DNA from: Pseudogymnoascus verrucosus
Taxonomy: Eukaryota
Reading direction: 5' to 3' (one strand)
Length of the DNA stretch: 64,000 nt
Assembly (NCBI GenBank): GCA_001662655.1
Contig: KV460227.1
Each line of letters opens with the position of its first letter. Position 1 is the first letter of the stretch. Below the pieces are notes generated by a model that ran no database searches, was not told the origin of the DNA, and worked only from the letters and a program-made list of their open reading frames with translations. Positions 37,515 through 49,544 of the stretch are shown here, piece by piece. The translations under genes and the position numbers were made by a program.

Positions 37515-38064
37515 TTACATTGCGAAGAGGATCAAGAAGGAAACCATCAGGGCGAACAGTCCGGTGGCCTCAGCGAAGGCGAAACCGAGAATGGCGTAGG
37601 AGAAAAGCTGTCCACGGAGAGCTGGGTTCCTTGCGACACCGGAGATCAGGGCACCGAACACCGTTCCGATACCAGTTCCGGCACCGATGAGACCGGCAGC
37701 AGCAGCTCCAGCTCCGATGAACTTTCCGGCGCTAAGGACGGCAGCTCCGATGGTGATGGTCTCGGTGACGATACCGCGCGATTGGCCGCGGGTGACGTTG
37801 GAGGCGGTGTTGCGGAGCATGGCGCGGCTCATGAGGAGACCGTTGTTGCGGGTAGCAGTCTGGAAGCGGGAGACGGAGGTGGCTGGGCCTGTTTGAAGTC
37901 GAGAGTTAGCTATGGTTGATGCCGAGGGATTGAATTGAGGTCTTTTAGATGTGCTCAGTTGTCTTTTTTGACGTACCATTTGTGAAAGCTCGGCGAGCGA
38001 TTGAGCTGGCTTGCCCGCCATTGAGGCGTGCGGAGCGGGTGGCGAGCTGGGCAATGGAGTTCAT
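37515..38064 (-). CDS. ATP9: Nuclear-encoded mitochondrial ATP synthase subunit 9 (c) precursor
   Basis: Arg/Ser/Ala-rich presequence [17 protein letters not shown]..., one intron, then [51 protein letters not shown]. Confidence 0.96.
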
Positions 38065-38639
38065 GATGACTGCTGATGAGATTTGATGATGGAGAGTGGA
38101 GTGTTGGATGTTGAGGATGGAGGAGATGGTAAGGTTTGTTGTTGTTGAAAGGAGAGGAAGGAGGTGGAAAACGGGTTCGTTCGGATAAAATTGCTCTCGT
38201 TAAAACAGCTCCACTTATTTATGGCTCCACTTAAAATTGCTGCACGTGCAAACACGCCAAGAGATTTTTGGGAGAGTGTTTGTTTTGTTTATGAGTGATT
38301 TTGAGATTGGAGCTTGGGATTTTAGTAGTACTAGAGAATAACGTCACCAATTGCAAAATATACTGTGATATTGTGGTACATATACTCTATATGTGGTCTG
38401 GAAAAGGGGGTTCTGGTGGTGATGCTTCCAACTGCGCTCTTCGGGGGTTGCCATAGTACCCTGAACTCCCGGACTTTTGTCTACCGTCGGTCCGGTCTGA
38501 TATCGTACGACCGACGAAGTTGCCGTGGCTTTGGCCGCTATGGAAAATGATATTTTCGAGGCCAATGGCACTTTATACAGCTTGATATGCCAGCATAATG
38601 CAGTATATGTACGGAAATATAACAATATTTTAATCTGAG

Positions 38640-38940
38640 GCATCTTATCTGTGATCAAAGGGGGTTGTTCTCCTGTTTGAGTCATTTTCGTGAACGGAGA
38701 CTTCAATTATAGATTTTGCCCATTTACCATCCCCTTTTACAAAATATTATATTATATATACAGGAAAAAGAGTAATATTTCAATCAAGAGGCATATGATC
38801 AGTCATCAAGGAATTTATCGTCCTATTTGAGGCATTTTTGTAATGGTGACTTTAATTATATTATTTTGCCCATTTATTATTTATTCCCCTTATACAAATA
38901 TTAAATATCCACCAGATAAAAAAAATCTCAGGCAAGAGTC
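38640..38940. repeat. Degenerate AT-rich tandem duplication, about 150-bp unit x2, upstream of ATP9
   Basis: ttgagtcattttcgtgaacggagacttcaattatagattttgcccattta (about 38677) versus ttgaggcatttttgtaatggtgactttaattatattattttgcccattta (about 38827); both are followed by ccccttwtacaaa. Confidence 0.65.
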
Positions 38941-39181
38941 TTGGACAATTTTAATCTTATTTGTTTAATTGCAATAATGGCCGAAGATTCAATATTCATT
39001 TCATGCTACATAATATACGTACAACTGCTTTAATCCGTTGTGCACAAGAAATCCGAGGCAATTATCGTTTGCTTGATAGCTTGGCAGCTCATATCCGCAA
39101 ATATATCTACAAGTGCTTCAACCCATTGTGCACCAGAATCCGAGACAATACCACCTAGTTCATAGCCCAGCATTCCATACA

Positions 39182-40529
39182 TTACAAGTGCTTCCATCCA
39201 TTCTGCACCAAGACCTGCATCTCGTTTATCAAGCAGTGCGACCACGCTCCCGGGATTTCCCCGTGCGCCTCGTCCCGTGTCTCGTATCCCCATAACTTCA
39301 TCCTCTTGCCCACCCTATATTCTTGTATGTACCGCGGTATAATCCCCACCAACCGAGCAAATCTATTCATCCATATTCCCACAAACTTCTCCTTCTTTGT
39401 CGGCCAAAGCCCAGTTTCTGCGCGTACGATCTTGTCGGATTCGGGATTGTATGAGACCCTCACGTTCGGATTGAGCCAGACGCCATGGAGCCGAGTGAGC
39501 CGGTTATCCGCGTGGATGAGGCAGCATTCGGACCCTTCCAGATGGCGAAGGGCGAGACTATCTGGTATTCCTCGGAAGCTTAGTGCTTTGTTTCCGTAGA
39601 ATGGTTCTGCCTGGAAGATCACAATGCCATTCCAGCACGATTTCACAGGTACTGGGGTATTCGTGATCATAGCATTTCGTGACGCTCTAGCGAGGAAGAA
39701 GGGCCACGTCTGGGTGGCCGCTTCTTCTCCTGAGACATCGCGGAGGGCAAAGGTGTCGTAGAATTGGGGTGGTTTGGAGAAGTCCATCGAGCAAGCTGCT
39801 GCGTAGTCGCCGTCTCGGGTCGCAATCAAAGTCGTAACGTCTTCGGTCTATTCATCCCAGGCCTTAGCATTTTATACGAAGGAAGTTGACAGCAAAGTAC
39901 AGGGGGGGAATAAATACCGTGAAGACTACATCGTTCAGCCATATAACCTTGTCAAACTCTCTGGGCTCTCGCCCATCTTTCCCCTCAGCAAGATCCTGCA
40001 GCTTCGCCATCACATTATTCCGTATCTCAGCCAAGTATGGTATCCGCCGCAACTCCTTCTTCCCTCTGCTCGTCTGTATCCACCCTGCTTCGTCGGGGCC
40101 CGGTGTACGCTCAATCTCATCTTTATGCGTGATGTCCTTCAGCTCGATGTTCCTCTCCACACCCAGCTTCCCCAGCTCAGCGTCAAGATCTCTCAGGGCG
40201 CCCTTCGTATTATCCCAACTTCCACTCTCCGCGACGGATATATAAACATTTTCCGCGCCAAAGTGCTTCACCAGATCCAACACCGCTGAGCTCCAGTGTG
40301 ATCGTATGATTTGCTCGTTATTCCAATGCATGCTCGCAATGAAAAATCGTTCCTTCTTCGACCCAGAGCCATCCTTAGACGCTGCCGAGGGTGATACCCG
40401 CGAAAGCGGGTAGTTGACAACAACCAATCTCACGTAGTCCACGTACAGTGCCACAACAGCTATGAGGATGGCCAGCCGCAGCCAGGTCCGGCGCAGGCGC
40501 GCACGTCGTCGGAAAGAGCCGAGATGCAT
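39182..40529 (-). CDS. GT69 family alpha-1,3-mannosyltransferase (CAP59/CMT1-like), type II membrane protein
   Basis: N-terminal TM helix; FIASMHWNNE, ESGSWDNTK, RRIPYLAEIRN, WLNDV, AACSMDF, FYDTFALRD, SCWNG, EGSECCLIHAD, NPNVRV. Confidence 0.9.
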
Positions 40530-41709
40530 GGGTCCTGCAATCCCATTGTGGGGGAAGCTAGCTTCGATAAATGTCGGTATTCGGTGTTCGTGGGGGTTGT
40601 TGGAAGATGTTTCCCCGGGTGCCTGCACGCGTTCGTCGAAAGGTCGAAATGCCAAATGTCAGACGGTTATTGTCGAATGAGTGGCCGCCTACCGCCGTAA
40701 GCGACTCCGCGGTTCGGTAGTACCCGCAATTAACGCTGGGGTAGCTGCGAGGTCCCCTTGTTTGACGGACAAGCGCGCGGAAGCTGCGACAACCTCGAAG
40801 ACAAAGATGCGATAATTATAGCCCAAGACGATTAAAACATTTTTATTTGATTCACAGTTGTTGTGAGCACTTCCAGAAGTGATGGGATCTGCGGGCTATT
40901 TCTGGCCTCTTGGTGTCTGTTATGCACGGGCCCGTCTCGGTTTTTCTGGCCACACGAGTTGCTACATGACTCGTCGCGTCACATCAAGTATATGATCTAA
41001 TAAATGAGTTTGTTCTGCTTATTTGTACAATTCGCACGATGGAAGTGTGCGGAACTTACTGCAGAGGAACTCTCAAAATGGGGATACGACGTCTGGGTAG
41101 CCTTGACGTGTCATGACTGTCTTTTTCTCCATTCATTGTCCAACATTTTAACTAAGCGACATTTCAAAAAGTTTATTTATGAGGATGTCAACATAGATGA
41201 TATAATATAATACCTCGCACATCACGGTTATAGAACGTGTTATTTTTGTAGCCACTTTCACAGTCGAACCGCCGCCTCATCCCCGCCCAGATTAAGCTAA
41301 CCCCCACGCGTAAGGGAAACCGAAGAGACTAAAAGTTGGGTTGAGATTTGCCATCGCAACATGAGGTGCAACTCAAATGCCCTTGTATCCCGCCAGGTCT
41401 CCATTGGAGCCAACATTGGCGTCTAAGCGCAAGAATTAAGGACTAGGCCGCTGTGATGCCCCTGTGGCTTCACCGACTGTTTCATCCAACATTTTGCCTC
41501 GGAGCATCTCACCCTGCGGCTCCCCGTCCCTATAATTATCAGAAAGTACAAAATATTGCTAGTTTTAATCTATGAATACTCCCCCCCTTATCGCACACGT
41601 TTTTGCTGGTCATCTGAAGCCAAAGTTTTGTTATATGCACGTGCGGCTTTGGAATCCCCCGTAGTTCTATTGGCTCATTGTAATGACTCCAAAATGGGGA
41701 TATACTGTT

Positions 41710-43286
41710 ATGGACAAGGACGACCTAGTGTGGGAGAAGCTCGAAGACGACCTCGAGAAGTGGGAACTATCGGTAAACAAGGCCGTGATATATCGCGGAG
41801 TTGCCGCGCTCATCCTGAAATACCGACCTGGCGAAGCCGTGGAGCTTCACATGCCGATTAAAGGGGGATATAACGCCTTTTACCGCCTCGAGTATAAAGA
41901 TGGCTCATCGGCTGGGATGAGAATCCCTTGCAAAGGTATAGCGAAATAACAACGCCCTGTGGGCGGCGTATGAGACGTAGCTAAATCCAGAGCAGGCATT
42001 GTCAAGTTCCCCGAAGAGAAATCCGCTACGAGGTAGCCACGATGAAGTATGTAGCTGCGAACACTACTATCCCGGTGCCTAAGATCTACGGCTGGGGCAC
42101 CGCCGAGGAGAACCCCACTGGTCTCGGCCCGTTCATGATAATAGAGTATATCGAGCATTCGCGGACGCTATCCGACGCTCTAAAGGACCCTACCCTTGGG
42201 CCAAAAGAGGAACCCGTCTTAGATCCCAACATCGACGAGCAAAAGCTCTCATTCCTCTACGGCCAAATGGCCAACATCCTCCTCCAGCTCTCTACCCTCA
42301 CCTTCCCCCAAATCAGCTCCCTCGACCAAGACTCCAACGGCAACATCTCGGTTTCCGGTCACCCTATAACAATGAACATGAACAACCTCATCGAGCACAC
42401 CAACATCCCCCCGTCCATCCTCCCGATCCACCCACACAACTACGCCTCCACAACCGCCTGGTACTCCGCCCTCGCAGACATGCACCTCACACAGCTAACA
42501 TTCCAGCACAACGACGCTATCGCGGACGACGACGACGCGCGCGACAAATACATCGCTCGGCAACTCTTCCGGCGTCTCGCGCATGAAGGCCGTCTCAGCC
42601 CCCCTCCCCCCTCCACCGACGCCACCGACCCATCCTCGGAATTCCGCCTCTTCTCCGAAGACCTGCGCCCGTCAAACGTCCTCGTCGACGCCGATGATCG
42701 CATAGTCAGCGTTATAGACTGGGAGTTTGCGTACGTGGCGCCTGCGCAGTATAGTCGCGATCCGCCGTGGTGGCTGTTGCTGAAGATGGGGGATTACTGG
42801 CCTGGTGGGCATGAGGCGTTCGTGGAGGCGTATGGGGTGCGGCTGGAGACGTTTTTGCGGGTGTTGGAGGTGGAGGAGGGGAAGATGAGGGAGGCGGATG
42901 AGGCGAAGAAGCGAGAGGGAGGTGAGACGAAGACGGATGATGAAGATGTGGTAAACGGGATAGCATCACTGTCCCTCTCCACAACTCCCCTATCCCAACA
43001 AATGTGCCAAAGCTACACCTCCAACACCTGGCTTACCAACCTCGCAACACGCGATAGCTGGACCTTTGATTTCCTGTTCTGGCGGTACCTAGACGAGCAG
43101 TTTTTCGGGGACGAGAAAGAGAACGAGGAGCAAGATTACCACGCGCGGTTGGACCTGTTGACGGAGCGAGAGAGGGAGGCGATGGAGGAGTTTGTGCTGG
43201 CGAAGGTGCGGGACAGTGAGGAGAGGGTGGTTGTTGAGTGGGGAGAGGAGGAGGCGAAGGCGAGGTTGGCGGAGGTTATGGTTTAG
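41710..43286 (+). CDS. APH/choline-kinase-like phosphotransferase family protein; apparent -1 frameshift at about 42020
   Basis: GGYNAFYRL, MRIP, EVATMKYV..TTIPVPKIY, GLGPFMIIEYI, DLRPSNVLVD, VIDWEF, PPWWLL. After the intron, GIVKFPEEK and IRYEVATM are in different frames. Confidence 0.8.
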
Positions 43287-43767
43287 GGCGTTATTAGGAC
43301 AGAGGGGCTGGTGGCGGAGGTTTGTTGCCGTAAGGTTGTTTTCGCGTTTTCCGTGGGAGATGGTTTGGATATGCTTCGGTGTCGATTGATCGTGAGACTG
43401 CAGAGGAAACTAGGGGTAGAGGTAGGACTAGATTGAATTCCATCATATGCGATGCGATGCTATGCTATGCATGTACTATACTATATTACATTACCCCTCT
43501 CATCCTCATCCAGGCATCCCTTCGCTGATTCATAATACACACTCATCCTCCCATCCATCATCCATCAAATATACATTATCCCCTCGTCCCAAATCGACCC
43601 AAAAGACAAATGCAACCACCCCCCCAAACGCCCGCCCAAAGAAACCCCCCTTTTCAAAAAACAAGTCAAAAGAAGACGCTCAAACACCCGGGGAAAAAAA
43701 CCCAAAACCCAAAAGCAAAAAGCAAAAAAGGGGTAACAACCCCACAAGCTCAACACATACCGCACGC

Positions 43768-45234
43768 TCAAAGCCTAATACTCTTCCTCCTCCCCCCAAT
43801 CCCCATCCCCATCGCCCCAAAAACCCCACTCTTCCTCCTCCCCAACTTCGGCACCTGCTTCTCTTCCTCCTGTGGCGGCGGCGGCGGCGGCGGCGCATAA
43901 TCCGGCGCCGTCGTCCTCGCCTTCTCCTTCGCCGCCCGCATGATATCCTCATACCTCACCCCCGCCTGCTGCTGCAGTCCCAGCCCCAGCTGCGACGCCG
44001 GGCGCAGACTGAGCTGTGAGGACGAGCGGTGACTAGCTCCTAGCTGAGACGGCGGACGTTGCGAGATAGGGCGCGTGTACGCCTGTGGTTGTGGTAGGGT
44101 ACTCGCGCGCTGCGATAATGGTGTAAGTTGAGGCGGTGTGTCAGCCCGTCGGACACTGCGTGTGCTCCGGATAGAAGCTGTATCGCTCCCTCTCCTCCCC
44201 CTAATCGACGCTGCCATCTCCTCCTGCTGTAGCGCCGAAACCGGCGTCACGCTACCCCCACGCTCGCGCTCGCGCTCACGTTCCTCATCGGCTTTCCACC
44301 CACTAAACCCCAACCGTCCCATACTGGGCCTACGTCTCCCCTTCGCAGCCGCAGCAGCAGCAGCTTCAGCGCCCTTGACGAGGCCGCGACGCACGTCGCC
44401 GAGGCGCTGTTTCAGGCCATCGCGGGAGGTGGAGGTTGTGCTTAGTGCTGGCGATAGCGGGGCGGGGGAAGCGGTCATGCCGGGGGAGGAGGCAGAGAAG
44501 GGGTCTGTTTCGAGGAAAGGAAGGGAGGGGGAGGAGACGGAGGGGAAGAGGGAGGGAAAGCGGGGAGCGGGGGCCGTGGAGAGGCGGAGCGGCGTTGGGC
44601 GGCGGGCTGATGGTGGTGAGGTGGTGGAGATGGGGGGGAGGAAGGAGGAGCGCGAGGTGAGGGCGCTTGTTGTTGAGGCGCGGCGGGGGGCGGAGAGCGG
44701 GCGCGGTTGCGGGATGAGAATTAGAGTTGCTGGACCGACGGCGACGAGCTCGATGGCGCGGGCGACGTCGGGTTGGCTGGAGTGGCGGGAGTGGGTTTGT
44801 GGTCCTTCTGATGAGGGTTCGGGGTGTGCTGTCTTGATGGGGGCGCGCGCTACGGCCTCAGCTATGAAGGCGGGTTCGGATTCGGCATCGGAGTCAGAGG
44901 TTGACCCGTCGCTCTCGTCCTCGTCTTCTTCGGACGAGGCGGAGGAGAGATATGTCTCGTATGGATTTGAAGGTGATAACTCTGGTGTGCTCGCTGGACT
45001 AAGCTGTGTCGTCGTAGGCGCAGGGCGGGGAGGGGGTGAGAGAGCCGTCAGTGAGGTGAGGTCTGTGAACTCGAACAGGCGGGATGCGCGGAGCGAGGAG
45101 CGCGGGGGAAGAGCCGGGAGCATAGGAGTTTGTGAGGTTGTGGTGGTGAGGGTGGACATGGTGGTCCGTTTTGATAGGGAGTCGGCGCGGGTCGTGCGCT
45201 CGGGAGAAGGGAGGGGTGTTGCAAGGAGGGGCAT
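43768..45234 (-). CDS. Pro/Ser-rich, probably disordered hypothetical protein
   Basis: 488-codon ATG-initiated ORF with coding-like GC bias; short conserved-looking motifs LPALPPRSSLRASRL, PYETYLSS, ARAIELVAVGPATLI. Confidence 0.7.
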   Translation of the reverse strand: MPLLATPLPSPERTTRADSLSKRTTMSTLTTTTSQTPMLPALPPRSSLRASRLFEFTDLTSLTALSPPPRPAPTTTQLSPASTPELSPSNPYETYLSSASSEEDEDESDGSTSDSDAESEPAFIAEAVARAPIKTAHPEPSSEGPQTHSRHSSQPDVARAIELVAVGPATLILIPQPRPLSAPRRASTTSALTSRSSFLPPISTTSPPSARRPTPLRLSTAPAPRFPSLFPSVSSPSLPFLETDPFSASSPGMTASPAPLSPALSTTSTSRDGLKQRLGDVRRGLVKGAEAAAAAAAKGRRRPSMGRLGFSGWKADEERERERERGGSVTPVSALQQEEMAASIRGRRGSDTASIRSTRSVRRADTPPQLTPLSQRASTLPQPQAYTRPISQRPPSQLGASHRSSSQLSLRPASQLGLGLQQQAGVRYEDIMRAAKEKARTTAPDYAPPPPPPPQEEEKQVPKLGRRKSGVFGAMGMGIGGRRKSIRL

Positions 45235-48200
45235 TATCGAGGTTGAGTGAGTGGTATGGGTGAGGTTGGTGTTATATGGTATATGGTATAGGTTGTGGTG
45301 CGTATATGATATTTTTTGCTCGAATACAGGATATTCTCAATATGGCGGTGAGCCACCCAGCAGTTCGTCTTTCTTCTTCCTGGTGGCGCACACAATATGA
45401 TTTCGTCCCGTCGATCAGCGCCAAACCCTGTCGTCGTCACAGCAGGAGATATCAGTCGTCTTTCGGCGCCCCAATTCTCTTCGCCAGAAACTTTCTTTCT
45501 ATGCGCCGTTCCGTCGTATCTACAGATCATCGACTCGCGCACACGGTGCCGGGAGCGCCAGGTATATAAATTCCCAACCCCTCTAGTCACCATCCCTCCT
45601 GGCGCCGGGTTCAACACCCACACCACCCACCCACACCCACATCCACAAAATATGCACCACACAGGCACCACAGGAACCACACTTAGTTTTCTCCGTACTC
45701 CGCACCCAAAGTATGCACATACGCCCACCCACCCGAGTGCCCTGCAACAAGACCCAAAGCAGCCGTAGTTGGCGCTGGTCATAGCCAAAAGTGAGCGTGT
45801 GTGCCAAGGGGGAAGTGATGGGAAGGAAGCGACGGCAGGGGATTGGCAGACGGGCGCTAGCAAGGCGCGTTTCAGGTAGAAGGACCCCTGGCGCGGGGTG
45901 TCGATCAGAAGGTTCAGAGACAAAAGAAGTACAGTACTGTACTGACTGAGTACAGGATCTCACAGGTCAAACACACAGAAGCATCCCTTGACTGTTGGAA
46001 GGATGGTTGTAGTTGTACTTGGCGTGGCATGTGTGTGTCTCTGTGTGCCTCGCGTGTTCTGTATGTCGTCTGCATGTCGTCTGTATGTGCTGTTCTAAAT
46101 TATACGTAGTATATACTCTCCCTCGTGTTGTATCATCCCGTCAGTCTGTTTTCCATGTGCTCTGTATTGTACTGTAACGTACCGTACACCCCATAACTAC
46201 CCCGTACTCCCTCCCCCCTCCTCCCTCCACTGTGTTGGATCAAGGAGATGAAAGATGAGATGAAATGAAATGAGATAAAATGGATACAGTACATCTGGAT
46301 AATCGTCAGTGATCGCCACCGCCCGTTATGAATGATACTCACCGCACTCTATCGCAGATTGCAGAAAATGTAACTGTCACTCGATCTCCCCCATCGTCTC
46401 CATCGTGCTCCATTCCTCCCCGAGATATCGAATATCCATAGTTCCATAGTCGAACAAGTTCTCCACGGTCTCGTATATCCTCACTTCCCCCTACCCACCT
46501 CTACCACCCCATAACCCAAGAGGCTCCCCCAGCGTCGGCGACTCGACCCTGAACAGGCAAGGACAGGCCCGCGGAAAGCCTAGCGTAGTGCTTCTCGATG
46601 GCGCCGTGGCGGTCATCGCTCCACTGTACTCCACCCGCTATCGAGTGCACTGGCGCGTCTGCGCGACATTAGATTACTCTCAGACAGAGTTAGAGTATTT
46701 TGCGGCTCAGGAACGCGCACGGGGTCAGGGAGAAAGGGGGGTGATTGGTTGATGGGGGGAGAGGGAGGGTTGCAGTGAGCGACGCGGTGATGTCAGGATT
46801 GATCGTCGTGATGGTCGTGAGACTGGGAGTGGTGGAGCGAGGGCGAATGGTTTGAGGATTGGAGATGGAGGAGTGTTTGGAGTGTGTAGGAGGATATGGA
46901 GATAGGGGGAGGGCGGCGGCTGAGGAGGAGGGGGATGAGGTGGATGGGTGACTAGGAGGACGGGAGAGGAGGATGGATGGTATGGGGACTGTGAGGGTGA
47001 AGGTGGAGGGTAGAGGGGGTCGACGACGAGGGTTTACAGACTAAATGAGGAAAAAAGAGACGGTGAAGGGGAGGATGAAGAAGGGACGACGGGGATAAAA
47101 TTGTCAAAGTGGCAGGTCGCGTCGAGAGGTACATCGCGTTCTTGGAATGTTCCTGGGAATGCCCATGCCAATACACACGAAATACACACACGCTAGGCCC
47201 ACACACTACGTTCCACCGCGTACTTCCCATGTACCTCTCCCATGCATCCCCACCTGCACCCCGTACCTTTTTCGTGGATTCAATATTTTGGCCGAGGAAG
47301 CTAGGAAGAAGGCACGGGAGAAGGAGGGAAGAAGTTTAGTTAGTTAGTTACAAGCACGAGCATGAGCACAAGCAACAACGGCGACTACGACGACGATGGC
47401 GACGATGACCATACTTCAGCATAGGAGGTACAACGCCGTCTGTGCAGTAGCGCGTGGTTAGCCAGGTACCTGCCATGTTGTCGGATTGCCCGATGTTCGC
47501 CGGATGGTCAGGTACCCGTTGTTGGTGTGATGTTGGTGCATGTTGGTGTCGCTGTCGTATCCTCATCCTCGTCGTCGCCGCCGTCGTCGTATCCGGTATG
47601 AACAGATCCTTCCTCCCCTCCTTTCTCATCCCTCTCCTCAATCTCCTACCTGTCAGCTTTTTGAAGCCAAAGAATATCCTCCAATATAACATCACATATA
47701 CCCATTTTACCTCTACCCATGCCCCTGCCCATGCTCATCTCCTCTCCTCCCCCGGTCCCAACCAAACATCCCCCCACCCGCCGCTGCCGCCACCCAGGCC
47801 AGTACAAATCCCCAATCTGAAGCCTCATCCTCATCCTCACAATCCACCCTCATCCCCGTCCGTCCCCCCCATCCCATCCCATCCCATCCCATCTCCATCC
47901 GACCCAACCGGTCATCCTCCCTCACCCTAGCACCCGTCCTAACACACAGACATCTACGCACGCACGCACGAAACATCCCGCGGACACACAAAACCGTACC
48001 GCAAAACGTGGATAAAACGCTGGGAGATGCATAAGATGCATTGCTACCGCATAAAACGCGGTGGCGGCGGTGGCGAGGCAGGGAAGATTCAGATCGCGCG
48101 CGTGCGTGGACGGTGAGGGCGAGGAGGAGGATGATGATGGGGGGGGGTTAAGACGATGAGGGGGTTCTGGTTCTGTTTGTTCTCGCGCGCGCGATGGGAG

Positions 48201-49039
48201 GACTGGAGAGGGGCTGGAGCTTCATCTCCTCTGTTCCCAGGCACTCTATGCCAGAACCGCCAGTCTAATATCTGGAGTATGTATATCCATACCCCCATGC
48301 CCATCCCGATCCCCCCCACGCACCGCTTGGCGCCTACATCTACCCGAAACACGGGGATATAAAGTAGGTAGGCCTCGTAGAGTGGTGAGAGGCACTTTAT
48401 ATAAACATTCTTCTGGAATAATTATATAAGTGCCCACGTGTCCGTGTGTTGTGTTACATGTAGAAAACGGCAGTTGTGGGTAATATGTGCGTGGTATATA
48501 GTCCGGAGGGGGTTTTGGAGATAGAAAGATGGAGAGATGGATGATGACGGCGTGGATAGTGGTACTGTATATCACACCGCGGACTCGTTCGAAATAGGGG
48601 AGTTGCACTCATGAATCCTACCCAGTCAACATCCTATTTCCACTTTTTTCTCCTTCCCCGCCCGCGAGACGCCTCAGCCTGCCACTTGATATCCATGTCA
48701 CAGTATAAATACAGACGTCAGCAACCCAAATCCCCCCAGCAAGCCTGGAATGAATATGAATTCATATCGAAGATAAAGTGTCAAGCTACTTGCAGCACAC
48801 CGCGTGAATGGCCATCAAAAGGGTGGTTCCGTCGCTGTTGAGCAGCGTCGGTGGTTCAGTCACCCACCGAGCCGCCCTCGCTATCAGACTCACCGGCACG
48901 CAGAGACGATACGCTTTTCCTACGAGCGCTTGTTAAGGAGGTCAACCATGACAATGCACTGGACTACCTGATCAAGTCCAAATACGCAGACAAAGAATCT
49001 TGGGATAGAGCCCAACAGCGTTTAGCTGTCATGGCTACG

Positions 49040-49240
49040 ACCTTTCTCACTGCTGCCCGCTGTCACCGCCGAGCCCCTTTTCTCACCACCGCTTCCCTTC
49101 TCACTGCCGCTCCGCTGTTGCCGCCTAGCCCCTTTTTCTCACCACCGCTCCCCTTCTCACTGCCGCTCCGCTGTCACCGCCTAGCCCCTTTTTCTCACCA
49201 CCGCTTCCCTTCTCACTGTCGAGTCACTTTCTCACCATCT
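49040..49240. repeat. Tandem repeat, about 56-bp unit x3
   Basis: Unit ctgtcaccgcctagcccctttttctcaccaccgcttcccttctcactgccgctccg repeated about three times with few substitutions. Confidence 0.8.
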
Positions 49241-49544
49241 CTAATTCTGGGCAGCGCTTCCTGGAAAAGGCGACGGGGGAAGTAATGTCGCCAGAGCAAG
49301 TGAAAGAGATCTTCATCCGAAGATCATCCGTACAAGACATTACGCATACCAGTCAATGTCAGTGAACTCATCGACGAGTATCTCATAAAATTGCCTCTCT
49401 TTTAGGGTGCTGTTAAAGTTGGCAACTCCAGAGGTATCACATCAGAGTCGAAATAATGGAACAGACGAAAGTAATAATAACAAACACTTCCCGTATTCCT
49501 CTTTTCCCCCTTTCCCCCTTTCCCCCTCTACCCATATTACTACT

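Noticed and set aside
37515..38054. 179-aa unspliced ATP9 ORF starting at TTG
   Set aside because: Reads through an intron; the likely start is ATG 38064 in another frame.
43447..44019. Lys/Arg/Pro-rich 190-aa ORF
   Set aside because: Low-complexity antisense of the 3' end and UTR of the minus-strand gene.
44138..45250. 370-aa plus-strand ORF
   Set aside because: Antisense shadow of the GC-rich 488-aa minus-strand gene; GTG start, no domain.
45234..48608. Numerous His/Pro/Gly/Arg-rich ORFs
   Set aside because: Products of compositional skew; no motifs or splice-consistent gene model.
49040..49240. Possible CRISPR-like array
   Set aside because: Eukaryotic context, contiguous repeats without unique spacers, no cas genes.
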